From Eledone cirrhosa (taxonomy: Eukaryota): a stretch of DNA of 64,000 bases. This document shows, piece after piece, positions 1 to 12,069 of the stretch. The notes under the pieces are model-generated. The model was not told the DNA's origin, ran no database searches, and saw only the letters and a list, made by a program, of their open reading frames with translations. Location of the stretch: NCBI GenBank assembly GCA_964016885.1, contig OZ024742.1, positions 231,136,001 through 231,200,000 on the forward strand, written 5' to 3'. Each line of letters starts with the position of its first letter. Positions within the stretch are counted from its first letter, which is position 1. The translations under genes were made by a program, and so were the position numbers.

Positions 1-247
1 GCAGTCAAATACACCACAATACATGTATAAATACATACATCAATCATTTGTCTGTAGTACTTTTTTATGTTTGTAATATTAATATTACCATTATATTTAT
101 TATTTACCATCCTTTTATTATATTTTATTTCGTTAAGTATTATTATTGTTGTTGTTATTGCATGTCACCCTTGAATTAACGAGCACAGCCTGTGGGCCTT
201 GGATGTGTGGAGTATTTGTTTTTGTTGTTATTATTTCTGTTGTATAA

Positions 248-680
248 GGCAGCGGATTGGCAGTGTCGGTAGAGCATCGGACACTATGCTTTGCAGCATA
301 GAGTTATGGCCCTTTACACTCTGAGTTCAAATCCCGCTGAGGTCAGATTTGCTTTTCATCCTTACGGGATCGATAAAATAAAGCACCAGTAATCCACTGG
401 GGTCGATATAATCAACTTTCCCCCGACCCAAAAATTGCTGGCCTCGTGCCTAAAGTAGAAACGATCATTACTGTCGCTATGGTTATTAACGTTTCTGGCA
501 GTATCGGTAGACGGTCGGACGCCATGCTTTGCAGCATAGAGTTGCTGCCCTTTATGATCTGAGTTCAAATCCCGCCGAGGTTAACTTTGCCTTTCATCCT
601 TACGGGGTCGATAAAATAAAGTACCAGTAATACACTGGGATAATTGATGGCTTTGTGCCAAAAGTAGAAACAATTATTAT
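248..680 (+). mobile_element. Two head-to-tail tRNA-derived SINE copies (family S1)
   Basis: A-box-like tggcagtgtcggtagag and B-box gagttcaaatccc, followed by the conserved body gcctttcatccttacggggtcgataaaataaagtaccagt, which recurs more than 10 times in the window. Confidence 0.85.
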
Positions 681-699
681 CTAACACGCATATCAATGA

Positions 700-1670
700 T
701 GGCGCGTTGCTTAGTCACACGATCAGCACACGATCGCAAGGTCATCAGATTCCCAGCGAGGTGTTGTGTTCTTGGACAAGACATTTTATTTCACGTTGCT
801 CCTATAATTCACGTTGCTCCTATAATTCACGTTGCTCCTATATTTCACGTTGCTCCTATAATTCACGTTGCTCCTATAATTCACGTTGCTCCTATATTTC
901 ACGTTGCTCCTATAATTCACGTTGCTCCTATAATTCACGTTGCTCCTATAATTCACGTTGCTCCTATAATTCACGCTGCTCCTATAATTCACGTTGCTCC
1001 TATATTTCACGTTGCTCCTATAATTCACGTTGCTCCTATATTTCACGTTGCTCCTATAATTCACGTTGCTCCTATAATTCACGTTGCTCCTATAATTCAC
1101 GTTGCGCCTATAATTCACGTTGCTCCTATAATTCACGTTGCTCCTATAATTCACGTTGCTCCTATATTTCACGTTGCTCCTATAATTCACGTTGCTCCTA
1201 TATTTCACGTTGCTCCTATAATTCACGTTGCTCCTATAATTCACGTTGCTCCTATATTTCACGTTGCTCCTATAATTCACGTTGCTCCTATATTTCACGT
1301 TGCTCCTATATTTCACGTTGCTCCTATAATTCACGTTGCTCCTATATTTCACGTTGCTCCTATATTTCACGTTGCTCCTATAATTCACGTTGCTCCTATA
1401 TTTCACGTTGCTCCTATATTTCACGTTGCTCGTATAATTCACGTTGCTCCTATAATTCACGTTGCTCCTATAATTCACGTTGCTCCTATAATTCAAACGA
1501 CCAGCCTTGTTACACACCTAATACCCACGCTGAATCTCCTTCAGAACTACGTTAAGGCGGTACACGACATGTCTATGGGATGCTCAGCCCAATACTTGCA
1601 CAATCTGTTCCGTTGATCAAACAACTGGATCATTCATCGTCGGACCCGAGGGAGGTCCTACACACAACAT
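700..1670 (+). mobile_element. Decayed SINE (family S2) interrupted by an 18-bp minisatellite
   Basis: tgtgttcttggacaagacattttatttcacgttgctcc matches the S2 body at 22055-22088; SINE-like sequence resumes after 1495. Confidence 0.65.
790..1495. repeat. 18-bp tandem repeat (ttcacgttgctcctataa / ...tatat), ~39 copies
   Basis: Direct 18-nt periodicity with two interspersed variants. Confidence 0.98.
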
Positions 1671-1685
1671 ATGTTATTATTATCA

Positions 1686-2360
1686 CTTTCATCCTTACGG
1701 GGTCGATAAAATAAAGTACCAGTAATGCACTGGGTAAATGCTGGCCTTGTGCCTAAAGTTAAAACGATTATTATCACAAGGGCGGTGGATTGGCAGTATC
1801 GGGAGAGGGTCGGACGCCATGCTTTCCAGCATAGTTACGTCCCTTTACGATCTGAGTTCAAATCCCGCCGAGGTTGACTTTGCCTTTCATCCTTACGGGG
1901 TCGATAAAATAAAGTACCAGTAATGCACTGGTTAATTGCTGGCCTTGTGCCTAAAGTAGAAACAATTATTATCACATGCTTTACAGCATAGAGTTAGGTC
2001 CCTTTACGTCTGAGTTCAAATCCCGCCGAGGTTAACTTTGCCTTTCATCCTTACGGGGTCGATAAAATAAAGTACCAGTAATGTACTGAGTAATTGCTGG
2101 CCTTGTGCCAAAAGTAGAAACAATTATTATCAGCATCTTCATGGCAATGGTTTGGCAGTATCGGTAGAGTGTCAGACACGATGCTTTGCAGCATAGGGTT
2201 ACGGCCCTTTACAGTCTGAGTTCAAATCCCGCCGAGGTTAGATTTGCTTTTCATCTTTACGGGGTCGATAAATAAAGTATAAGTAATGCACTGGGGGTTG
2301 ATTTAACCGACTTTCGCCTCCCCTTCAAATTGCTGGCCTTGTGCCTAAAGTATAGACAGT
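1686..2360 (+). mobile_element. Tandem array of ~4 S1 SINE copies (some partial)
   Basis: Repeated tttcatccttacggggtcgataaaataaagtaccagt at ~1690, 1885, 2043 and 2249. Confidence 0.85.
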
Positions 2361-2623
2361 TATCAGCATCTTCATCATTATTAGCAGTCATCCTTACTGT
2401 TGTTGTTTTCGTCTTTTTTTATTGTTGTTTTTGTTTATTTGTTGCTGATGTTTTATTTTCTGGTTTCTCAAACCTATCTTGTTTTATTTACATGTGAATT
2501 ATGAATTCGTGAGTTTGATTGAGTCAATACCTGCAGGGCAACAAACCTTCGTTGATATTCAATACCAACTCAGGTGTCACTCAAGAGCCTCTCTCTCTCT
2601 CTCTCGCTCTCTCTTTCTCTCTT

Positions 2624-2679
<56 letters not shown>

Positions 2680-2682
<3 letters not shown>

Positions 2683-2726
2683 CGTTTCTGAATTTGTTTA
2701 TTGGCAACATGACCCTCCCAAAGTAT

Positions 2727-2732
<6 letters not shown>
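2680..2732 (-). mobile_element. Minimal derivative of fold-back family A (both ends only)
   Basis: Reverse complement of the family A tail end fused to the opposite family A end; (TA)n on both sides. Confidence 0.75.
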
Positions 2733-2774
<42 letters not shown>

Positions 2775-2882
2775 CTCTCTCTCTTTCTTTCTTTCTTTCT
2801 TTATTTATTTATTTATTTATTTATTTCTCTCTCTCCCTCTCCTCCCCCCTCTCTCCCTCTCCCCCCTCTCTCTCTGTCTCTC

Positions 2883-2914
<32 letters not shown>

Positions 2915-3016
2915 CACGTGTGTGTGTATGCGCGCGCATGTGTGAGAGAGAGTGTGTGAGTATATATATATATATATATATGTGTATATGTATATATGTA
3001 AATGTAAATATATATA

Positions 3017-3315
3017 TAAATGTAAGTATGTATGTATGTATACGTACATACTTACATTTATATATATATATTTACATGTATACAGACGTACAGTACTATG
3101 TATATATATATATACATACATGCACACATATATATATGCACGTATCGGTTATATAACCGATACGTGCATATATATATATATATGTGTGCATGTATATATA
3201 TACATACTACTGTACGTCTGTATAGATATATGTATGTACGTATACATACATACATACTTACATTTAAGTAAGTGCCGAACTAAGAGTGAGAAATGAAATT
3301 TCGTTTCATTCTATT

Positions 3316-3318
<3 letters not shown>
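3017..3318 (+). mobile_element. Fold-back element, family G
   Basis: Imperfect palindrome centred on cggtt-atat-aaccg (3152/3153) with a one-sided tail shared with 27585-27635; also related to 3360-3482 and 5348-5470. Confidence 0.65.
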
Positions 3319-3358
<40 letters not shown>

Positions 3359-3710
3359 ATAAGTATGTACACGTACATACATATATGTATACAGACATAC
3401 AGTAGTATGTATATATATATACATACATGCACACACATATATATATAGGTATGGATTTACCGAACATTTATTATAATGCTCGTATTAAGCCGCAGTGTCA
3501 AGCAACCATAGTTGCTCGTTTGTTCAACACTGATATATATATATATATATATATATTGTTATACTTTGGGAGGGTCATGTTGCCAATAAGAAACACACGC
3601 ACCAGTTGCTTTCACTTCAGTTTATTATATATTTATAAATTTACAAATTTATAAATTTATAAATTTCTGGTTGGTTGGTTGGTTCCACAACCAGATAGTT
3701 GTTTATATAT

Positions 3711-3755
3711 AGTCATAGTCCTTTCGTCACACACTCTGTGACCTCTTCAGTGACT
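3711..3755 (-). ncRNA. Minimal type I hammerhead ribozyme (mirror arm)
   Basis: Reverse complement of 3863-3907. Confidence 0.75.
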
Positions 3756-3862
3756 GGGGATTCCTTTCTTTGTTTCTGTGCCTCTCCTTTGTTCTGTCCT
3801 ACGCCATTTTGTTTCTCTTAGGACAGAACAAAGGAGGTACAGAAACAAAGAAAGGAATCCCC

Positions 3863-3907
3863 AGTCACTGAAGAGGTCACAGAGTGTGTGACGAAAGGAC
3901 TATGACT
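3863..3907 (+). ncRNA. Minimal type I hammerhead ribozyme
   Basis: agtca-CTGAAGAG-gtcac(agagtgt)gtgac-GAAA-ggac-TA-tgact: stem I agtca/tgact, stem II paired, very short stem III. Confidence 0.75.
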
Positions 3908-4115
3908 ATATATAAACAACTATCTGGTTGTGGAACCAACCAACCAGAAATTTATAAATTTATAAATTTGTAAATTTATAAATATATAATAAACTGAAGT
4001 GAAAGCAACTGGTGCGTGTGTTTCTTATTGGCAATATGACCCTCCCAAAGTATAACAATATCGGTTTCAACACACGATTTCAGATAAAGAATCTTGCTAA
4101 ACAAATTCAGAAACG

Positions 4116-4222
<107 letters not shown>

Positions 4223-4253
4223 CACGGGTGTGTATGATTGTGTATAGAAGATT

Positions 4254-4626
4254 ATATTAATAAAAGGAATTCCAACTTTGTCTGATTTACTCGTTTCATT
4301 TACAATCCTTTAAAATTTATAATGGTATTATAATGAAATAGTATGATAGAATATTAAATGTTAAGTGTTAATTGAACAAGTACTTTCATGCTTTCGCAAT
4401 CTTCAGGTTCATAATGTGTGGTGACAGTCAAGTTTGCAATTTTCACAGTTGAAAATTGCAAACTTGACTGTCACCACACATTATGAACCTGAAAATTGCG
4501 AAAGCACTTGTTCAATTAACACTTAACATTTAATATTCTATCATACTATTTCATTATAATACCATTATAAATTTTAAAGGATTGTAAATAAAACGAGTAA
4601 ATCAGATAAAGTTGGAATTCTTTTTA

Positions 4627-4632
<6 letters not shown>
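4254..4632. mobile_element. ~380-bp near-perfect palindrome, family D
   Basis: Arms symmetric about the loop at 4446-4449; (TA)n on the right. Confidence 0.9.
4373..4411 (-). ncRNA. Minimal type I hammerhead ribozyme
   Basis: Reverse complement reads tgaac-CTGAAGA-ttgc(gaaa)gcat-GAAA-gtac-TT-gttca. Confidence 0.75.
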
Positions 4633-4659
<27 letters not shown>

Positions 4660-4662
<3 letters not shown>

Positions 4663-4882
4663 CAGTCGATCGACTTTCGTCAAATCGGACAGAGGAAACA
4701 ATGTTTCCGTTGGTCTTTCCAATTGTTAGTATTCTCTATCGGTCGCAACTCCGGGTAGAAGGAGCAACGTGAAATAAAGTGTCTTGCTCAAGGACATAAC
4801 GCATCGCCCGGTCCGGGAATCGAACTCACAACCTCACGATTAGGAATCCAATTCTCTAACCACTCGGCCACACACCTTCACA
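4660..4882 (-). mobile_element. tRNA-derived SINE family S2
   Basis: Reverse complement matches 21968-22190; A/B boxes present. Confidence 0.85.
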
Positions 4883-4962
4883 ATATATATATATATATGT
4901 ATATATATGTATATATATATATATATATAAATATATGATATATATATATATATATATATATG

Positions 4963-4993
<31 letters not shown>

Positions 4994-4995
4994 TA

Positions 4996-5094
<99 letters not shown>

Positions 5095-5104
5095 TATATT
5101 ATAT

Positions 5105-5137
<33 letters not shown>

Positions 5138-5222
5138 ACCCACTCGATATGCAAATTGGGCTTCTCAGATGTTAATATGCATAAGGTAAGTATATACGTT
5201 CAACAATCTGGCAGGAAGGTAT

Positions 5223-5265
5223 GCGTTGCTGACGATAGCTAATAAGCTTGAAACTAGTACAGCGT
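5223..5265 (+). ncRNA. Type I hammerhead ribozyme in a family G element (5140-5480)
   Basis: gcgttg-CTGACGA-tagct(aata)agctt-GAAA-ctag-TA-cagcgt. Confidence 0.8.
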
Positions 5266-5500
5266 TCCTTTGTCAGTATTGAACAAACGAGCAATGATGG
5301 TTGGTGGACACTACAGCTTAATACGTGATGTTTGTTTACAAACACACCGAGCATTATAATAAATGTTCGGTGAATCCATACGTACATATATATATGTGTG
5401 CATGTATGTATATATATATATATACATACTACTGTACGTCTGTATACATATGTGTATGTACGTGTACATAGTTTTATTTAATATATATATATATATATAT

Positions 5501-6077
5501 TTATCATATGTAACCCATGTGCAAACCACGCAGTATTCTTCTTTCTTCTCATGTTTTTTATATATATTTACCTCGGCAGCGTTTGTCTGTTTCTCTCTTA
5601 CTGCTTCCCCGCTCTCTCTGTTTCTCTCGCCTTCTTTCGCCCCCTCTGTCAGTTACACTTTCTCTCGACGGACCTCTTCCTAACACTTCCACTCAGTCAC
5701 TCTCTGTTTCTCCCCTTCTCACTTCTTCCAGTTTGGCTTGTGTGGGTCTCTTCTTGCTCACATCTCACACACATCAACACGGTCTGTTACTCTCTCGCTC
5801 ATGAAATCGACCCAGCTTATGCTGACCGGACAACCATGTTGCCTGTTTATTTTCCTATCTTCGATTTGCTTTTATCCTTCTATGTTGTTTACTTGTCGCC
5901 CTCGCCTTACGCGAATTCTGGTCCCAATAACTTTTTTTAGTTATTGCTCACACCAACCTGAGGTATCTGATTTTTAATGCGATGAAATACCAATGATAGT
6001 TGGAAAATCACTGACGATGGACTATTTTTATCATATGTAACCCATGTGCAAACCACGCAGTATTCTTCTTTCTTCTC

Positions 6078-6083
<6 letters not shown>
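5501..6083 (+). mobile_element. TA-flanked element with ~55-bp terminal direct repeat and a decayed HHR at 5953-6003
   Basis: ttatcatatgtaacccatgtgcaaaccacgcagtattcttc at 5501 and 6028; ccaac-CTGAGGT-atc...gat-GAAA-...-TA-gttgg. Confidence 0.6.
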
Positions 6084-6130
<47 letters not shown>

Positions 6131-6478
6131 CACGTATATATGTATATATATATATATATATTATACACATATATATGTGCAACATTTATATTTAGATATA
6201 TATCATTCTCTCTCTCTCTCGCTCTCACTCTCTCGCTCTCTTCCCCTCTCTCTCTCTCTCTCTCCCAGTTAATATTAAACTGTCTACATTGAAGGATTCT
6301 TCGATAATTTGTTAACACTTGAGATCACAATTGTTTTATTATTTTTAAGTTTTCTATTTTTCCTTTATCTTATTCATTTATCACAAACACGTCAATACGT
6401 AGAAACACTCCTGTACACACACACGTGTGTGTGTTTGTGTGTGTCCGAGTCCGTGTGTGTGTGCACGCATGCATATGA

Positions 6479-6519
<41 letters not shown>

Positions 6520-6576
6520 GGGGGGGGTGTATGTATATGTATGTATATGTGTGTGTATATATGTATATATATATGT

Positions 6577-6689
<113 letters not shown>

Positions 6690-7084
6690 ACCATATACAT
6701 ACACACCCAAGGATATAGATATTCTTATATCAGAGGGGACACGTACAAGAATACATGTACAGATTAAAAAGACTCTTCAAAGTTGCGAACAAGCTTCTCG
6801 GTGTGTATTCGTGTCGTAACATGCTTATATAACAACTATCTTTACGTTATCCTCACATCCCGTGTGTCGATGCAGCAAGACTAAATTGATAAGAAGATCG
6901 TTTCGTATTCATAGGATCCCGGGTTCAATTCCACTGTGTGGCATATTAGGCAAGTGTTATTTACCATAGTCTCGTGTTGTGACGCTAAACTCCGCCAGTT
7001 GCAGACTGCGCATTAACATGTGATATCTCTCTCCACAAAGTTCGATCACCAGCAGCAGAGTTCAAAGAGCAAAGATCAAGTCTA

Positions 7085-7400
7085 GTCCATAAGTTGACAT
7101 TGTCAAGCCATCGTTTTGGCTGTCGGCCTCTGCTTCTCTTACCAGCCAATCTTCTTTCTAGGCATAACCTTCTGACACCATGAGTTGATCTTTTTATGTG
7201 GCCCTATAGTTAGAGTACTCTTGACTTGACAATTGATGTAATTCGTCTAAGTTTGGTAATGTTGAGCAGATCACTGAAACAGATATGTTGGCTGGGCGGC
7301 TTGCCAGTTATAAGTCTCATGATGTGGTTCTGGGATATAGAGGGCTTCTGAAGTGACCTTGTCGTCCAATTAACACAGTCAAGACCATATAACACAACTG
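7085..7400 (-). pseudogene. RTE-clade LINE C-terminal fragment
   Basis: LYGLDC..W...; GHIKR; GKRSRGRQPKRWLDNV-type motif; stop codons present. Confidence 0.7.
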
Positions 7401-9034
7401 GTAGTCTCGTGAATGAAATTAAATAGATAGAAACATTTTGGAAGCTTGCCCAATTAACTGTACCTGAATTTCAAAGTAGCCTTTTTATACCCTATGTCAC
7501 GCTGAATCTCCCTAAGGATTACGTTAATGGTACATATGTCTGGGGAATGCTCAACCACTTGCACGTTAATTTTAGTAGGCTGCTATATATATATATATAT
7601 TTATACATAATTAGGGAACGAAGCTTAGAATGGACACAGCTTCGGTCTTTTTCTCGCTCATTCAATAATCTAATTAAGCCCGTATTATTATCATTCAAAT
7701 CTAACCGATTGGAGTGTACACTTATACCTGAGGAAGACGACTTCGTGTGAGTAAGCTATATGAGATACCCGTGTCTACGATTCCGATTTGCCGGTGGTGG
7801 TCCGAAGGAACCACCATGTGCAGAAATTAGGAAACAGTAGTATGCATTACGAAAGTTGGCAAGAACCGCCTCGTCAGCAAGTGTTCACCTCTTTGGAATG
7901 GAAAGTCCTGTATGCCATGCTAGTATATCACGTTGCTGGACACAAGCGAATGTAATAGTAATCCTCAACTTTCACAAAGAGAAGATAAGCCGAGTCTGGC
8001 CATTTGCAGAGAACACACGTTGGCATTGATTCAAATTGAAAAAAAATGACCATGCTAGAAACACTTTACCGGGTGCTTTCATAGATCATAGAGAAAACAA
8101 AGACAGGGTAGCAAATACATAAATTGAACAAAATGAGAAAGTTCAACTTACAATTTAAATGCAGGTAAGTCCCCTAGTTAAAAATAATTATTGAATGGAC
8201 ACAGCTTCTGTCGTTTCCTCACTTACTCAATAATTTAATTAAGTCCGTATGGTTAAAATTAAAACCTAACCAATTAGTGTACACTTATATCAGTGAGTTA
8301 GATGACTTCGTGTGGATAGGAAATTTGAGGTACCCGGACCGATGCACCAGTTTCTATGATTTCGATCTGCTGACTGTAGTATGTGTATGTGTCTGTTTTT
8401 GGGGGGTTTTTTACTGTTGGATCTCTTGTACATAACATTATCTGTTTTGTACCACTGTTCCCAGGCACTGAACTCTCTTTAACATATCCAGTCTTTCCTT
8501 GTGTCAAATGGAAAACTACATCTTCAAAAATAGATGTGTTCTGGTAACTAATTTAATAAGTATAATTAGTATGATACTAAATTAAACAGCCACAAGAATA
8601 TTTGACACTGGTTAAAATTATTTTGGGCTTTTTTGGAACACCGTGGGAAGTTTATTCAATTTTTAATATACCCTTAATGAATGGGTAATGTGTACTTTTA
8701 GCTTAATTAGTTTGCTTTCTCGTGCATTTCTCATCTGTAATTCATGCAGGTGATCCTGAAATAGAAAGAAACAGCCATGTGTGACAAATATATTTGTTTA
8801 TCTAATTAGCAATGTAACTGTTTCTTTAATAAATATGCGTATGTGTGATTTCTTTTCCGTGCTTTTAACAAACATCAACCTCCCTGTGTATGTGTGTTTG
8901 CATGGGGGGGGGGGGTGCGTGTATGAATACACTGTTATAATGGCTGAATGGCACCTTGGGCAAGTATTTTCTACTTTAACTTCAGGTTATGTAATATACT
9001 CCGTAAGCGGGACCCAAGTTCAGTGCCTGCAGGA

Positions 9035-9390
9035 ATTGAGATACAATGTGTGTGAACGATTTATTGTGGGAAGAGCTGGATTTGTCAATCATTTAAAGTC
9101 ACACGAGCCAGGGAGAAATCGGGCCACATGTGAGATGGTTCTTCCACCGCGCCCTCCGCACTACATTTACAATGGGCGTGGCTTAATTTACAAGTCAGCT
9201 GGTGGACTGACCAGACATGGTAGAATGCATGAAGACACACTCCAGTCGGTAATGCCAGTAGACAGACAGTTCGAGAGTCATATCTGTAAACATGCTTGCA
9301 AAACTGGTCTGAAAAGTCACTTGCGCTCACATGCTCGTGCAATGATCATTGAAGGGTGGCACTCTTCTGACAAGAAGTATCAATCAACAT
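9035..9390 (+). pseudogene. Decayed C2H2-like zinc-finger 3' end, probably of an RTE-type LINE
   Basis: GFVNHLKSH, GLTRHGRMH and GLKSHLRSH motifs with several Cys lost, followed by a (TATG)n tract. Confidence 0.5.
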
Positions 9391-9669
9391 GTATGTATGT
9401 ATATTTGTTTGTATGTATATATGTTTGTATGTATTTATGTATGTATGTAATGTATTTATGTATGTATGTATGCAATGCATGTAATGTATGTATGTATGTA
9501 ATGTATGTATGTATATATCTATGTATATATGTAATGTATGTATGTATGTATGTAATGTATGTATGCATATATCTATGTATATATGTAATGTATGTATGTA
9601 TGTAATGTATGTATTATGTATATATTTTATTATTCTATAAATGAATAAAGAAACCATTATTTTATAAAG

Positions 9670-9860
9670 GGCAGTGAATTGGCAGTATCGGTAGAGGGTT
9701 GGACGCCATGCTTTCTAGCATAGTTACGTCCCTTTACAGTCTGAGTTCAAATCCCGCCGAGGTTAACTTTGCCTTTCATCCTTACGGGGTCGATAAAATA
9801 AAGTACCAGTAATGTACTGGTTAATTGCTGGCCTTGTGCCTAAAGTAGAAACAATTATTT
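9670..9860 (+). mobile_element. S1 SINE, full length
   Basis: A/B boxes and conserved S1 body. Confidence 0.9.
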
Positions 9861-10059
9861 TATAAATGTTCACCAATAGAGAGCGAGCCTATTTTTTTAA
9901 ACATAGAAACAAGACTCTTTTATTGGAATTTAGACATTAAATGCAGACATGGATTTTATTTCATGCTTACGATTTTAGTTATATGTGTACACGTGCATAT
10001 GTTTCTGTATCTATACGCGTATATATGCAGTTATTACATGCTGAATTTCTTAAATGGTT

Positions 10060-10800
10060 TACATATTTTTACAATGGACTGTACTTGCAACTTCCTAACT
10101 AGCCGTGTTCTTTCTGGTTCTGGGAATTTCAGCTTCTCAGGATGTGTACTGAGGCAGCTAGTAACATATTCAAGTGCTCCAGTGATCACAGATACATATC
10201 AGGGTGGAGTATTTGCAAATTCCTAATTAGGTCAGCATAAATGTCTTCCTTTTCGCTAATCTATAGTATCGTATCAACATCTGCTGGGCAGCTGATTTCC
10301 ACTACTGTGCCTACCTTCTTTTCTTTGTCCCATATCAGTATGTCTGGTCTATTATGTTTGCATTTTATTATGATTTTTACTAGAACATTCCACCAGTACT
10401 CTTCTATATTATGTATGCATATGCCTTCCCCTTCGCAGTAGCTAATATTTCTATTCTGAGAACTATCCTTTCTACGAATGTCATTGTATAGTGTTTTGAC
10501 CACTACATCATGCCCCATAAGTATATAGTATCGTGATGAAATATGTGTACTAAGATGTAGGTGATATCCTCGATATTTATTCTGCAGAGTCTGTTTCTGT
10601 TTTCACATCTAGGTGTTTTGCCTGCATCCCTATGTCTTTTGTGCATCAGGTATTTCGTTGTTATTCTCTGTACTTGGGTTGTAAAAGTGAAAGTTAATAT
10701 ACCGGTTGATAGTCCAAGATAGACTCATTTTCTTATCTATATTACTCACACTTTGAAGCTTTCTGGCAAATAGTCATGCATTACCTTTTTGCTGATAAGC
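10060..10800 (-). pseudogene. RLE-type non-LTR retrotransposon (R4/Dong-like) 3' fragment
   Basis: HNRPDILIWDK...VEISCP restriction-like endonuclease motif; upstream RLCRINIEDITYI zinc-knuckle remnant; frameshifted. Confidence 0.75.
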
Positions 10801-11597
10801 AGCAGCTTTGGTTTGCGGTTCGCGGTTCGTACATGTTGCAGAGATATGATGGAACATTCAAATGCTGCATTCATTTTTTTATTTACGTTTTAGGTACATT
10901 TCACTCGTTTTTACTCTCCATTTCCCAGTTAATGCGATGTAACGTAATAACAGAGAAACCTGTTGTAACACGTGTTGCTTGCATGTCCGATCTAGGAGAA
11001 TGTTCATTTGGTCGTGTTATTTGTAAAGGTTCCCCACTTTCGGACATGGAATTACATTTATTATTGTTTTGAATAATGCTTCGGTTATTTTTTGCATTCG
11101 ACAAATGTCTGCTTGTTGGCATAATTGTTTGGCTGTAAAATAATTTAGCACTGAGTGAAGTTCCTCTCAGCGTAGCTTCATTCTGTTCATATAGCCAACA
11201 GAAGGATTTTGTTTTGCCATTTCATCACAATTAAAAGGTCATTACTGAGTTCGTAACGCCAAGAAAAATGCGGTTTGTAGTTTCGTTTCCATCTGTAGCT
11301 ACAACTAAAAATATTCTGTTTAGCGTTATCGTTGTTGTTTTTCTTCGATTCTTCACTAGTGTTGTTGATGTTGATGTGTCCGGCCATGTTGTTTAAAACA
11401 AATCCTTGCAATGTGGTTTCAATTTTTAGTCTTAATGGCTTCGGTAATTAATTAAGGTAATTAATATAAAATAATTGGTCAAGATGTGGGAACTAAAACA
11501 GATGAAAGAAGAAAGATGTTGTTTAGTTAACATTATTAAAATTTTCTTGCTGAAAACTAATTTGCCATTCGGTAAACGGAAATTGAGGAAGCCTGTC

Positions 11598-11708
<111 letters not shown>

Positions 11709-11726
11709 AGTGTGTTTACGTTTAAT

Positions 11727-11837
11727 AATTGTTTCTACTTTTGGCACAATGCCACAATTACACAGTGCATTACTGGTACTTTATTTTATCGACCCCGTAA
11801 GGATGAAAGGCAAAGTTAACCTCGGCGGGATTTGAAC
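11727..11837 (-). mobile_element. S1 SINE 3' part
   Basis: Reverse complement of the S1 body. Confidence 0.8.
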
Positions 11838-12069
11838 TTTAATAATGTCCAGTAAATTAGCGACTCGACAGAAAAATGAGATCTATAAATAGACTTGAAA
11901 AGACTTAGCTATAATCGACTAATATCCTTGAAGGCGGTAACCCCAACATGGCCGCAGTCTAATAACTAAAACATATAAGACAATAACAGGTTATGAATGC
12001 TACGGAAAGCGAAAGTTTGGTGAGGCATGTTCGTAGACCGTCTATACTTTCTATTACCATGAAAGATGT

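Noticed and set aside
696-1616. Long ORFs (HVAPII)n, (SRCSYN)n and (YRSNVN)n
   Set aside because: They result from a stop-free 18-bp tandem repeat derived from a SINE; there is no evidence of a gene.
7845-7885. CTGACGAG plus hairpin on the minus strand as an HHR
   Set aside because: No correctly placed GAAA or stem I partner.
8781-9605. Host C2H2 zinc-finger gene
   Set aside because: The fingers lack several Cys residues and the ORF runs through SINE and microsatellite sequence; a LINE 3' remnant fits better.
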